Source: a virus
Taxonomy: Duplodnaviria; Caudoviricetes
Strand: one strand, 5' to 3'
IMG/VR virus record: IMGVR_UViG_3300028833_000053
DNA length: 64,000 bases
The notes below the pieces were generated by a model. The model was not told where the DNA came from. It was given only the letters and a program-made list of their open reading frames with translations, and did not search any database. Within the stretch, counting starts at the first letter, position 1. Each line of letters begins with the position of its first letter. Both the position numbers and the translations under genes were made by a program. Of the stretch, positions 1 to 10,207 are shown piece after piece.

Positions 1-194
1 CTTTCCTCATGGATGGCAAGTTCATCTTCTCACATGAGCCTTTGGGTGAGATTCCAGAGGGCAAGGTGAACATCTACGGCCACGTCCATGGAAGCAAGTA
101 TTACAACACGAAGGACGACAACAGGCTTTGCGCTTGCGTGGAGCGTTGGGATTGCGCTCCAATTGAGTATGAACACATCAAGAGCTTGTTCTGA
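1..194 (+). CDS. Calcineurin-like metallophosphoesterase, C-terminal part (truncated by window start)
   Basis: Motifs FSHEP, NIYGHVH and CVERWDCAP are typical of phage phosphoesterases. Confidence 0.75.
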   Translation, partial: FLMDGKFIFSHEPLGEIPEGKVNIYGHVHGSKYYNTKDDNRLCACVERWDCAPIEYEHIKSLF

Positions 195-212
195 AGTCGT
201 ATAATTGACTGT

Positions 213-611
213 ATGACATTGGAAGAACTTGACGCAGCACTTGAAAAGACTGGACTTGACTTGACCAATCCACCCGACATGGAAGCCAGGAACCAAGTTC
301 TTGCCTTGCATGGGCAGAGCATATTGAAATCAAAATAGGTTCGTTGCGAGAGGTGTTGGTATAGGGAAAATGGGAGATGTTTCCCCGGGTGCAGGTATTA
401 TGACTTGCCATCAGATCCTGTGGAAGTCAGCAAGCAATACTTGGCATCCCCAAATGACATAAGTGTATTCTCCTTCTTGTGTCAGTTCATGATTCCTGTG
501 TATGAACAGGTGACTGGAAACAAGGGTACAATGAAGGAAATAACGAAGCATTTTATGAAGATGTGGAAGAAGAAGAAGAAGAAAAAGAATAGTGTGGGTA
601 AAGGGTTATAA
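213..611 (+). CDS. Hypothetical Cys-containing protein (one in-frame TAG at 336)
   Basis: ATG lies 7 nt after TATAAT (200-205). Read-through of TAG joins it in frame to ORF 405..611. Confidence 0.6.
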
Positions 612-773
612 AATAAATTCAGTTTAGCTTTGATTTTTACATTTTTTGGCGTAAATATTATCTATAACTGAACGGACTTTACACATACGACCAAAAAGTT
701 GTATAATACAGGATATGTTCAAGGCGATGGGGAGTTCCCATCAACTAAACAAACAAAGAAGAGGAAAAAGAAA

Positions 774-1487
774 ATGAAGAAACTAATGACATTGGCATGT
801 TGCGCAATGCTTGCACTGGCCGGTTTTGCCGGAGGTGCGTCCGCTACGCCATGCTGCGGATTCACTGGCGAGTCTTCTTGCCAGATTTGGTTCAAGGGTT
901 CCGCAAACGGTAAGATCTCAACTGGCGTTGCCAATCAGTCCTACAAGACTGTCAAGGCACTTCAGGTCAAGAGCGTTCAGCTTGTGATTGCCGACGATGG
1001 TTCTAACGTCGTGGCTCAGGTTGTTCTCTCTGGCAAGAAGAAGGGAGTTGAGAACTTCACGAAGACTCTGGATTGCACCGAGTTGAAGTGGAACGTGTTC
1101 GGAAAGAACATCAACAGCACGAAGAAGGAAGTTTCCCTTGAGAGCGAGATTTTCTTCCAGGCTGAGGATGATTATGGAACGACCCAGGTGAGTGGCGTTC
1201 TGTTCGGCACGGTAAAGGCGAAGAAGACTGGCTCTGGTTGCAGCCCATGTGGTGAGACAATCACGGCCAAGTACACGCCTGGAACGTTCAAGGGCAAGTA
1301 TGTTGGTTTTGCACCAGCTACTGGTTGCGCTTGCGCCGCTGAAGGTACCGCCGCCCTTGGCGAGGGTACTTGCTCCGACACGAGCTGCTTGACCTTTGTT
1401 GAGCAGACCGACGACAAGCAGGAGTATTTCTGCGGAGACGTGACGCTCAAGTTCGACTCCAAGAACTCCGGCTACAAGGCCCGCTAA
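774..1487 (+). CDS. Secreted Cys-rich protein
   Basis: Signal peptide MKKLMTLACCAMLALAGFA, SD GAGG upstream, terminator downstream. Confidence 0.7.
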   Translation: MKKLMTLACCAMLALAGFAGGASATPCCGFTGESSCQIWFKGSANGKISTGVANQSYKTVKALQVKSVQLVIADDGSNVVAQVVLSGKKKGVENFTKTLDCTELKWNVFGKNINSTKKEVSLESEIFFQAEDDYGTTQVSGVLFGTVKAKKTGSGCSPCGETITAKYTPGTFKGKYVGFAPATGCACAAEGTAALGEGTCSDTSCLTFVEQTDDKQEYFCGDVTLKFDSKNSGYKAR

Positions 1488-1519
1488 ACGAAACACACGT
1501 TTAGTTTCTTGAACATATG

Positions 1520-1550
1520 AAGGTGAGGTGAAGAACCTCACCTTTACTTT
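1520..1550 (+). terminator. Intrinsic terminator
   Basis: AAGGTGAGGT-gaaga-ACCTCACCTT followed by a T-rich tract. Confidence 0.7.
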
Positions 1551-1593
1551 TTTTGTTGGATGAGGTATAATATACAGAGAAAGGTTTATTGAT

Positions 1594-1971
1594 ATGACAC
1601 AAATGTTTTTAGCATTGCTTGACCATCCTTGGATATTCGCGTTCTTGGTTCTTTGCGTCTTGGCGTTCATCCGAATGACATACGATTTCATTCTTCGTCT
1701 GTTTGGGAAGAAGGGGTTTGAGAACAAGACTGATGAACATTGGGTGGGAACAATTAACGATGCTCCACCTCCGCCCCCGGAGCCTGCAAAGGTGCCGAAT
1801 CCCCCAACGCCACCGGATGACGTGTTGGAGGCGGAAGAGGATTTGCCTTGCAAGGACTTTAAGGACGAAGATGATTATGTTTATCGGGACGGCAATCTTG
1901 GCATCTCGTCATGGACTACGGACTTCAAGCCCGTAGAGGAAGTAAAGAAAGAAAAAGAAGGAGTGCATTGA
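1594..1971 (+). CDS. Membrane-anchored hypothetical protein with Pro-rich linker
   Basis: N-terminal hydrophobic helix and PPPPPEP linker. Confidence 0.65.
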   Translation: MTQMFLALLDHPWIFAFLVLCVLAFIRMTYDFILRLFGKKGFENKTDEHWVGTINDAPPPPPEPAKVPNPPTPPDDVLEAEEDLPCKDFKDEDDYVYRDGNLGISSWTTDFKPVEEVKKEKEGVH

Positions 1972-1972
1972 A

Positions 1973-2509
1973 ATGGGATATGACGTTTCAGCATACGTTG
2001 AGAAGAAGAACAAGGAAACCGGAAAGTGGGATCTTGTAACTCCCCAGGCCGTGTCGGCAAGGTTGAAGTACATTTTTGACGACTACAACAAGTTTCCCCA
2101 GGTGAAGTGGGACGATCTTTCCGATGGAATGAAGGGAATGTACAAGCAGGAGAAGGACGACACCACTGGCGAGGCGCGTTGCTACACCAACTTCTATGTC
2201 ACCACCCTTCAGGAACTTGAGGACAAGACTTCTGACAAGATCAACGATTGCTTCACAAGGTTGAACATGGTGGTAAAGGCTTTGGGTTGCGAACGTGTGT
2301 TTTCGGACGAGGGTGATGAGCTTGAGCCTTGGGGGGATGATGAGAAGAAGGACAAGCTGACATTTCCCATCAACAAGCAGCTTATTGAGGACTTGCAGTA
2401 TGGGTATGAGAACATGCGCCAAATCGGCCAAAGGGAGGCGTTTGATCTATTCATCAGCGAGTATATCCACTATGACGGCGAATATCGCATAATCTTTACG
2501 GTTTCGTGA
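1973..2509 (+). CDS. Hypothetical phage protein
   Basis: ORF with SD GGAG, tightly packed with neighbours. Confidence 0.7.
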   Translation: MGYDVSAYVEKKNKETGKWDLVTPQAVSARLKYIFDDYNKFPQVKWDDLSDGMKGMYKQEKDDTTGEARCYTNFYVTTLQELEDKTSDKINDCFTRLNMVVKALGCERVFSDEGDELEPWGDDEKKDKLTFPINKQLIEDLQYGYENMRQIGQREAFDLFISEYIHYDGEYRIIFTVS

Positions 2510-2609
2510 GTTATGGTTGGTAAAATGAATTGAAAATAATGTCCCAGGGGTCATTGACTTCAGGGACGTTTTTTGATATACTGTTGGTGTTGAAGGAAAC
2601 AAGGAGTTA

Positions 2610-2837
2610 ATGATGAAAAACCCTGAATACAAGCCCAATTGCGAAAAGGCAATCTTGACAGTCAACTACCCTCTGGGGTTGACCCGTACGTATTCTCATT
2701 ATGCTTGGAACCGTTTGACCGCGGCTCTTTGGGCTATGTACAAGTCAATGTCAATTCTTCTTCGTTTTCCTCTGCGCAAGACCCATTGGGTCCGCACGGG
2801 ACTTGAAATCCGTCCTTGCAACGCAATTTATCTGTAA
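2610..2837 (+). CDS. Hypothetical protein
   Basis: Follows TTGACT..TATACT promoter and SD AAGGAG. Confidence 0.6.
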   Translation: MMKNPEYKPNCEKAILTVNYPLGLTRTYSHYAWNRLTAALWAMYKSMSILLRFPLRKTHWVRTGLEIRPCNAIYL

Positions 2838-2849
2838 AGGAGAACCATC

Positions 2850-3380
2850 ATGATCAAGTTCATCCTTACCGCTGAGAAGGAAGACGATCTCATCAACCTT
2901 TTGGTCAACACGGCGTCTGTTGATGTTCAGCGCGTGAAGTGGAACGTCAACAGCATTACGCGCTCCGACGAGGACGCCCACTGCGAATCCGACTGGGATC
3001 TGCACGATCTTGTGAAAGCTGGAAAGTTCCATGAGGTTGACAACGCCATTATGAGCGGAGACGTACCAGTTGGCGGCCTTGTTGTGGTGTGCGATGTTGA
3101 CACCAACCCCATCTGGGGATACGTTTGCGGCAATGGCAACTCTTGGTACAAGGTGTATCTCTGCCCTGAAATCGTCAAGGCGATACTGCACATAGTCCAT
3201 CCCACCGCCCGCTATTTCGTGATTGGAACTCACACGGCACATGCGTTCAACACCAAGACCGACGTTGGCATGTGGCTTGAGGAGGGATTCAACGCCTGCG
3301 AGGGTTCTGAGCAGCGCCGCTACGCCTCCATGATGAACCAACTTGACTCTGGCAAGATGTTCCTTGACTACGATGCCTAA
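2850..3380 (+). CDS. Hypothetical protein
   Basis: SD AAGGAG and genome-typical codon usage. Confidence 0.7.
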   Translation: MIKFILTAEKEDDLINLLVNTASVDVQRVKWNVNSITRSDEDAHCESDWDLHDLVKAGKFHEVDNAIMSGDVPVGGLVVVCDVDTNPIWGYVCGNGNSWYKVYLCPEIVKAILHIVHPTARYFVIGTHTAHAFNTKTDVGMWLEEGFNACEGSEQRRYASMMNQLDSGKMFLDYDA

Positions 3381-3394
3381 TTGGAAAGGAGAAG

Positions 3395-3667
3395 ATGAAA
3401 ATGAAGACGAAAACCTATAATGTCTATGCCGACCCAAGCCATGCGTGGGTGAAGGTGAAGATTGCCGAATTGGACAAGTTGGGCATTTCAAGGTACATTT
3501 CTGAGTTTTCCTATGCGCGTGGGAACTATGCCTATCTGGAGGAAGACCAGGACGCAAGCACCCTCATTGATGAACTTGAGAGACGAGGAATTGAGCCAAA
3601 GTTCAAGTTCCACCACACGGACAAGCAGTCCAAGATTCGCAACTACATGAGTTTCACAAGAAGGTGA
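3395..3667 (+). CDS. Conserved small phage protein (DPxHxW...YLEEDxD type)
   Basis: Motifs ADPSHAWVKV and AYLEEDQDA. Confidence 0.65.
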   Translation: MKMKTKTYNVYADPSHAWVKVKIAELDKLGISRYISEFSYARGNYAYLEEDQDASTLIDELERRGIEPKFKFHHTDKQSKIRNYMSFTRR

Positions 3668-3673
3668 GTCTAA

Positions 3674-3925
3674 ATGAAAAACCTGGTGAAGTGGTTCAAA
3701 GGTCTGTTTTCTCGGAAGTGCGTTTCGCATGAACATGACACGCGCAAGATGAACAAGTATCTGGTATTATGGCGGACGAAAGACACCGGTTACTATGCAA
3801 ACGAGTCCCGTGTATGGGCGGCTTGCGAAGAGGACATTCCCGATATTTTGCGGAAGTTCTTCAAGCTGAAGAAGAACGAAAAATTCACAGAGTTTCGGGT
3901 TCTTAAGAAAATTCGTCCACTTTGA
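3674..3925 (+). CDS. Hypothetical protein
   Basis: ORF within an operon. Confidence 0.55.
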   Translation: MKNLVKWFKGLFSRKCVSHEHDTRKMNKYLVLWRTKDTGYYANESRVWAACEEDIPDILRKFFKLKKNEKFTEFRVLKKIRPL

Positions 3926-3946
3926 TTGGGAAAGGAACAACAGAAA

Positions 3947-4339
3947 ATGAAAACTTGTTCTTGGGGGCATCCCGCCCTTACCGAGAAGCAGGTGATTGCG
4001 ATTGCAGAGAACATGATTCCGGTGAAGCTGCGCCCATACTATGTAGGGATTGACGCAATGCGCCAGACATTGGATGAACCTTGGACGGAGTGGAACACAG
4101 ACATCATCCTCTACTTCAAGTACCCTGTTGCTGGGGGTCTGTCTGACGAACGTTACGCCCATTCAGACCTATACAACCTCAAGGAGGATTTGGATTCGCT
4201 TTACATTGACGAGGATTCCAGTGACGAACTGCTTGAGGAATATGACGAAGAGCATGACGGCATGCCCGTCAAGGAAATCAAGCCATTGCGAAAGTCCGTC
4301 AAGTGGCACAAGCCCGGATATGAGGGAGAAAATTGCTGA
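3947..4339 (+). CDS. Hypothetical protein
   Basis: SD AAGGA, acidic ORF. Confidence 0.6.
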   Translation: MKTCSWGHPALTEKQVIAIAENMIPVKLRPYYVGIDAMRQTLDEPWTEWNTDIILYFKYPVAGGLSDERYAHSDLYNLKEDLDSLYIDEDSSDELLEEYDEEHDGMPVKEIKPLRKSVKWHKPGYEGENC

Positions 4340-5307
4340 TGGGATGTACAGTTCCAAAACCACCAAAGTTCAAATCCATTTACGTTCCGGAAACCAATTT
4401 TCCAGTGACGCCGAGACTACCCCATGACATAGCCTTGCCTACGTGGGTTGAGGTTCCAGAAAACTACTATGTTGCGTCATGCAGAATGCAAACTTACAGG
4501 AACAGCTATGCCGTGGTTGTGGTGTTTTGGGGAAAGCCAAACAGCTTAAAAGAATGGGATCGTGGCTATGCGAAGGTGTATGTTTACGATGACGATAAAA
4601 TGCGACCATTTCCCCAAATGAAGGGGATTATACAGGAGATACGCAAGCGCAAGTTGAACTACTCAAGTAAAAGCTTTTATGAGATTTCCGAAGATGGTGA
4701 AATACGCGAGAGCATAACAAAGGACATCCCATCCAACGATACCTTGCGCGAAGTGGCCGTTCTTATGATGGAATTGCATGAACGTTGGCGCGACTATCCC
4801 AACATTGACAATTTTGACATGGTTGAGAAGTTGGAGAAGGCCAAGGACTCCATACGCCGGATGAACGATGAGGAGACATACGGCTATACGAAAAACCGAA
4901 TAGAGAAAATCAGAGCGTCAATCAAGGAAGAACAGGAGCAAATTTCCCAAATTGAACGCGGCTTGAATTCAATGTACGAAGAGGCAGCAGATGCCATGAA
5001 CCTTCTTGAGGAAAATGGCATTGACCCAAACCACTTTGACGATAAGCCGGAAGAGGAAGTGAAGCCAACAGTTGAGCAGCTTCAGCACATGGTTGACTGC
5101 CTTAACAACAGGCTTGGGGGAATGCCTGGAGATTCCATCAGGTACATTGGAATTGCGGACATCAAGAAGTTGGGAAATGGCAGCACCATTGTCCAACCAA
5201 TGAACATAACCGCCAACCCAGAAGCTGGAGACATAGTGCTTGACCCCAAAACTGGACATACCGCCATGCTTGACAGTTATGGCAATTGGCAAGTTGTTTC
5301 CTCTTGA
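4339..5307 (+). CDS. Coiled-coil protein, paralog A
   Basis: Shares YEEAADAMNLLEExG and SEDG motifs with the next gene. Confidence 0.7.
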   Translation: MGCTVPKPPKFKSIYVPETNFPVTPRLPHDIALPTWVEVPENYYVASCRMQTYRNSYAVVVVFWGKPNSLKEWDRGYAKVYVYDDDKMRPFPQMKGIIQEIRKRKLNYSSKSFYEISEDGEIRESITKDIPSNDTLREVAVLMMELHERWRDYPNIDNFDMVEKLEKAKDSIRRMNDEETYGYTKNRIEKIRASIKEEQEQISQIERGLNSMYEEAADAMNLLEENGIDPNHFDDKPEEEVKPTVEQLQHMVDCLNNRLGGMPGDSIRYIGIADIKKLGNGSTIVQPMNITANPEAGDIVLDPKTGHTAMLDSYGNWQVVSS

Positions 5308-5337
5308 CAAAAAAGTGGATTTGACGTATAATGTAGT

Positions 5338-6333
5338 ATGAGCATAAGAAAACCATCACACACAACCTATCATCTGCCGAGGGAGTGGACTGCCTCGGTT
5401 CCAACCGGTTGGAGCAATGCCTCAAACTGGGCAACACGGGCGTGGGCTTCCGCGGACGCCGACTATGACTGCACCGGAAGCCGTTTTAGTGTGACAAAGC
5501 AATTTTCTGTTCCCCTTCCAGATTGGACGAAGAAGTACGAGGGGTTCAAGGAATCTGCGTTCAGCTTTGGAGGCAATCCAAAACTCGTTGTCATCCAGTA
5601 TGATCCCACAACTACGTTGGGTGTTGGGTTTGCCGTCCTTCATCTTGTTGATCCAAGCACCGATGAGCGGCTTCCCATGATGGATTCAATCTACAAAGTG
5701 GTTTCGGAGACATACAAGGGAAGTGGGCGAAAGGAATACAGTCTGTCCGAGGACGGCATTGTGCGTGGTCCGTTTGGAATTCCTGACATTTCCGCAATCA
5801 CTGCCATTATGGAGGATATGACGTCCGTGTACTATGAGTGGAAGGATTTTCCCAACGAGACTGAATATTCTGTGGTTAGGCAGTTGAACGAAGCCAAGAA
5901 GAAGATAAAGAAGATGCAGTCCGAGGTTGGACTCAAGACCATAGAGACCAGGATTTCGGACAGACGCAACATGATTCAAGAGGCTCAGAACGAAATAGCC
6001 GAGCTTGAAAAGAAGTTGAACACAATCTACGAAGAGGCAGCGGACGCCATGAACCTTCTTGAGGAACATGGCGTGAAGGTTGACGATCCCGAGAAATGGG
6101 AAGATAACAATAAGTTTCCTGACTGTGAAGTAACAATCCCGTATGACCCATCTGCCCTTATAACTCTCAATACACCAGGTGATCAGCATATCTACAAGTT
6201 GTGTGATGAGGATATAAACGCAGCTGGGCGCACTTGGAGCAAGGAAGAAATACAGGATATTATAAACGAGTCTCTGGCAAGCTGCGCATATAATTCAATT
6301 GGGACAAGTTCAAGTTCGTCCAGTGGGAGTTAA
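5338..6333 (+). CDS. Coiled-coil protein, paralog B
   Basis: Paralog of 4339..5307; has its own TTGACA..TATAAT promoter directly upstream. Confidence 0.7.
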   Translation: MSIRKPSHTTYHLPREWTASVPTGWSNASNWATRAWASADADYDCTGSRFSVTKQFSVPLPDWTKKYEGFKESAFSFGGNPKLVVIQYDPTTTLGVGFAVLHLVDPSTDERLPMMDSIYKVVSETYKGSGRKEYSLSEDGIVRGPFGIPDISAITAIMEDMTSVYYEWKDFPNETEYSVVRQLNEAKKKIKKMQSEVGLKTIETRISDRRNMIQEAQNEIAELEKKLNTIYEEAADAMNLLEEHGVKVDDPEKWEDNNKFPDCEVTIPYDPSALITLNTPGDQHIYKLCDEDINAAGRTWSKEEIQDIINESLASCAYNSIGTSSSSSSGS

Positions 6334-6560
6334 TGTGAAAAAGACATTGAAGAAGTTATTGAAGACCGAGTGGGATTTCATGCTTTCAACGGGACCGTTG
6401 AAGGTCATGTCCGCGTATTTCGACGCTGTTGCGATAAATGGCCGACAGGTTGGAAGCAAGGCAAATTCTTATGTGGATTTCCTTGAGAACATGTGGTATG
6501 AGGAATACGCATGGGTTGAAGTGAAAAGAACGATTTATGTATGATAAAGAGGTATAAAAT

Positions 6561-7604
6561 ATGGAAGTTATAACTGGAAAATTGTGGTTTGAACCATGTT
6601 GTCCTAAATGTGGAAAGACAATTGATATTGAACGAGGAGAAAGCGGACTTTACGCCAGGTGCGGGAAATGCAACAACGAATGGTCTGCATCTTCATTTGG
6701 AGACTTACTTGACGAGCAGAAATGGCTTGAACAGTTCAACCCCGAAAAAACCGAACAAGAATAGACAGAAGAGCCTGAAGAGGGACACGAAGGTAAAAAG
6801 GTTATGGGTACGGTTACAATTCAGAATCACACTACGTTGAATCCAATCACGCTGATAGGCGAGGAGGCCGGCATTTGCTGGGGAGCAGATACAACAGACG
6901 AGGCGAAGAACTACAAGCGGGGAGTGGATTGCATCAAGTCGGACCATGGACGCGCAATGGAGTTTCCCCAGATTTACCTTGTCCTTGAAGGTTGGTCTGC
7001 GAAGGTCATCCGAGAGTTCTACACGCACATTGGCGGCGCCCCGACAAGACTTCAGGCAAGCACAAGGTACATTGACTACTCAAACGGATTCTATTCCGTC
7101 ACGCCACCTTCGGTTGAGAACAACCCGGATGCACTGGCGGCGTGGAACGAGTTCATGCAGACTGTCGCGCCGAAGATTGAGCAGTTGAAGAAACTGGGAA
7201 TCCCGAACGAGGATGCAACCAACGTCCTTCCACTTTCCTACATGACGAAGGTTGTTGTGCGCACGAATCTCCGCAATCTCATCGACATGTGCCACCAGCG
7301 TCTTTGCACAAGGGCGTATTGGGAATTCAGGCAGTTGATGAAGGAGATTCTTTGGCAGTTGGAGAACTATTCCGACGAATGGGAGGACTTGGTTCACGAC
7401 CTCAAGGTGTTCAAGCCCAAGTGCGAGTTGCTTGGCTACTGCCCCGAGAAAAGGGGTTGTGGGAAGAAGGGTAAACGTACCGAAGAGGGTAAATGTACAG
7501 ACGAGGTACAAAAGCCATTGGATTTCATTTGGAATGGAGAAACGCAAACAAAGGTAGTGTCAAGGGATGAACGCTACGATTAGAAGAAAGTGGACAAGGC
7601 GTGA
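6561..7604 (+). CDS. thyX: FAD-dependent thymidylate synthase ThyX; N-terminal Zn-ribbon fused through TAG 6762 (second TAG at 7581)
   Basis: ThyX core 6804-7580 (HGRAMEF, QASTRY, N-L-R, RLCTRAYWEFR). The upstream CPKC..CGKC ORF is in the same frame, separated only by TAG. Confidence 0.85.
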
Positions 7605-7799
7605 TGATGGATTGGAACGTTAAATGGGCGATGGATTCCGAAAAGGGGCAGTTGTCTGGTGAGGAAATTGTCTCCGGTGTAAAGGTTGTTGACGCAATCA
7701 ACGCCTTTCTCCGCAACAGGGAAAACAGATCCAAGAGAATCATCGGCATAAACGCAATCCAGGAAAAACCAATCAGAAAGAGAAGGAGAATCAGGGACT

Positions 7800-8003
7800 A
7801 TGAAAGCAACTATTGATGGCATAACATATGAGGGAACAGAAGAGGAAATCCGCCGTATTGTGGAGAATCCGCCGCACAGACCTCCAGTGCAAATCAATTA
7901 TTGGGACGAGTGGGGAAGGAACATTCCGAGACCGCCAATATATTCCCCAACCGAAGATCCATACAGAGGGGGATATCCGATTGTGATGTGTTCAATCATG
8001 TAA
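7800..8003 (+). CDS. Small protein, paralog A (TIDGITYEGT)
   Basis: N-terminus nearly identical to that of the next gene. Confidence 0.65.
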   Translation: MKATIDGITYEGTEEEIRRIVENPPHRPPVQINYWDEWGRNIPRPPIYSPTEDPYRGGYPIVMCSIM

Positions 8004-8019
8004 TGGGAGAAAGAAAGAA

Positions 8020-8280
8020 ATGAGAGTTACTATTGACGGCATAACATATGAGGGTACGCCCTCTGAGATTAGGAACATTGTGGAGAATCCACCCAAGGTG
8101 AATGACCAACACATTGACTGCCCCGACAACGACAATTGGAACTATCCACACCACAGTCCCAACCTCCCGGGTTTTGGTTCTGGACTGACGTGGTGGGACT
8201 CTCCTGGAATTCAGAGGAACTGGGACGGTTCTCCGAAGGTGACTTGCTGTGCAGCTCTGCCCTCCAACATGTTGTACTGA
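8020..8280 (+). CDS. Small protein, paralog B (TIDGITYEGT)
   Basis: MRVTIDGITYEGT..EIR.IVENPP. Confidence 0.65.
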   Translation: MRVTIDGITYEGTPSEIRNIVENPPKVNDQHIDCPDNDNWNYPHHSPNLPGFGSGLTWWDSPGIQRNWDGSPKVTCCAALPSNMLY

Positions 8281-8293
8281 CAAGGGGGTGGTT

Positions 8294-8662
8294 ATGACTT
8301 GGCAGGTTATACTGGTATTGATGCTATTGGGACATCTTGTTGCGGACTACACGTTGCAAGGTTGGTTGGCAGATGGCAAGCAGAAGAAGTGGTGGCAAAA
8401 TTGCTTCAAGGGAATTGTACCGGAAAAATACAAGAGGGATTATTGGGCCGCGCTTTATTGTCACGCCCTCTATTGGAGCATTTTCATATGCGCACCGTTC
8501 TACGCATCACCATATTTCATTGTGGCAATCGCTGTCAACACACTGGCACACGCCATCATAGACAACGAAAAGGCCAATGTGATGAGCATAAATCTGATTC
8601 AAGACCAGTTGCTTCATCTTGTGCAGATACTCTTGACCTTTGGAATAATGATGGTACTTTAA
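8294..8662 (+). CDS. DUF3307-like membrane protein
   Basis: GHLVADY-LQ, HAIID and DQLLH motifs. Confidence 0.75.
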   Translation: MTWQVILVLMLLGHLVADYTLQGWLADGKQKKWWQNCFKGIVPEKYKRDYWAALYCHALYWSIFICAPFYASPYFIVAIAVNTLAHAIIDNEKANVMSINLIQDQLLHLVQILLTFGIMMVL

Positions 8663-8674
8663 GGAGAAAACGCA

Positions 8675-8968
8675 ATGGCAGATGACAATGAGAAACCCGG
8701 ATTGCCGGACTACAACTTTGAAGCGCAGAAGCTGGTTGTGGACTATGTGAAGGAGCATCTTGACAAGTCCGATCCATACGTGCAGTTTGACGTGTATGTT
8801 GTGTGGCAGTGCTGCATACTTGGAAACCGGAAGTGGTTGATTTCAACTTCGCTTCCAGATGGTATGTACTATGAAGTGACATACGATTTCAACAAAGGCT
8901 GCTACTACTTGGACGCATACAAGAAGTTTGAGAACCGCTGCATCTGGTGCAGTGAAATACGTAAATGA
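8675..8968 (+). CDS. DUF6275-like phage protein
   Basis: YVVW..ST.LPDGMYYEVTY..YLDAYKKFEN. Confidence 0.75.
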   Translation: MADDNEKPGLPDYNFEAQKLVVDYVKEHLDKSDPYVQFDVYVVWQCCILGNRKWLISTSLPDGMYYEVTYDFNKGCYYLDAYKKFENRCIWCSEIRK

Positions 8969-9165
8969 AGAGCAAGGGAATAGCCATATTTCTTGCCCTC
9001 ATTTTTGGGGGTTTGGGCTTTCACAAGTTCTATCTTGGGAGGCCGTTCCAGGGGTTGTTGTATTTCTTCTTTGCAGAGACTGGCATACCTTCCATAATAG
9101 GGTTGTTTGAGGGAATACGATATTGCTTTATGACCGACAATGAATTCTACTGCGAATATGGCTGA
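8965..9165 (+). CDS. TM2-domain membrane protein
   Basis: KSKGIAIFLAL..GGLGFHKFYLG. Confidence 0.85.
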   Translation: MKSKGIAIFLALIFGGLGFHKFYLGRPFQGLLYFFFAETGIPSIIGLFEGIRYCFMTDNEFYCEYG

Positions 9166-9218
9166 GTTACTGAAGGGTACTTGACATCGGGTACCTTTTT
9201 GTGGTATACTGTATGCGT

Positions 9219-9428
9219 ATGGAGAAAAAAGCAGATACAAGTCTTGATGTTTTTGACGTGGTGGGCATTGTGCTTGTCACCCTCAAGATAATTGGCGTTG
9301 AGCCTGTGGTCGGTTGGTCATGGTGGCTTGTTCTTGCGCCGTGGTGGATTTACATTGGTGCGCTTGCCGTCATGGCGTTGCTTGCGTCATGTGTGAAGTC
9401 CGACAACAAAGAAAAGGAAGAAAACTGA
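9219..9428 (+). CDS. Small two-helix membrane protein (WSWW type), paralog of 22812..23015
   Basis: LKIIG..WSWWLVLAPWWI. Confidence 0.7.
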   Translation: MEKKADTSLDVFDVVGIVLVTLKIIGVEPVVGWSWWLVLAPWWIYIGALAVMALLASCVKSDNKEKEEN

Positions 9429-9429
9429 A

Positions 9430-10194
9430 ATGAACCTTGGAATACCAGATTGTTGCCCCGTGTGTGGGGGAAAGCTTGAAGTCCTTGAAAGCAAGGATGG
9501 AATCAAGAACCTCTTTTGCGTGAACGAGAAATGCCCTTCACGGTTCAACGAGCAGGTCTCCGCGTTCTGCGAAAGGCTTGGCATCATGGGCGTGTCAAAC
9601 ACAACCCTTGAGAATTGGGGCATCAAGACCATACAGGACATTGTTGGATTTACCCCAAATCCGGCATACAAGTCCGAGGTGAAGTTCTCGGAGGAACTTG
9701 ACAAGAAGATGTGGACTGCAAGCAAGGAGAGCATTTTCGTTGCATTGTCTGCGCTTGTCTATGGCGTTGGACGCAGAGAAATGAAGAAGTTCTGGGACAA
9801 CTACGCCCCAACTTGTCTGCATGGCAACATTTCAATTTCCGACCCATCTGTGAAGGAGCAGGCAATCCTTGACAACCTCGATGTTGTTGGAGAGGCGTTT
9901 GATTCCATCGTGCAGAATTCCAAGTACAAGGAACCGGTTGTGGTTGAGACATCCAAGGTTGAATCCACGAAGGGAAGCATCTGCTTCACAGGCAAGTTGG
10001 AGACAATGACCCGTTCCGTTGCACAGGAAAAGGCGAGGAATCTGGGCTATGAGATTGCAGAGTCCGTGGCGAAGGGTCTGGGAACTTTGGTTGTTGCTGA
10101 CGCCGGGTTGAAGGGAGAGCCATCGTCAAAGTTGAAGAAGGCTCAGAAACTCGGAATCAGGATAATGAGTGAGTCAGAGTTCAACGCCCTGTAA
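9430..10194 (+). CDS. ligA: NAD-dependent DNA ligase, C-terminal half (Zn finger, degenerate HhH, BRCT)
   Basis: Begins at IPDCCPVCG..C.NEKC; BRCT ICFTGKL..TRS.A..SSKLKKAQKLGIRIMSE. Confidence 0.85.
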   Translation: MNLGIPDCCPVCGGKLEVLESKDGIKNLFCVNEKCPSRFNEQVSAFCERLGIMGVSNTTLENWGIKTIQDIVGFTPNPAYKSEVKFSEELDKKMWTASKESIFVALSALVYGVGRREMKKFWDNYAPTCLHGNISISDPSVKEQAILDNLDVVGEAFDSIVQNSKYKEPVVVETSKVESTKGSICFTGKLETMTRSVAQEKARNLGYEIAESVAKGLGTLVVADAGLKGEPSSKLKKAQKLGIRIMSESEFNAL

Positions 10195-10207
10195 AGGAGA
10201 GCAAGAC

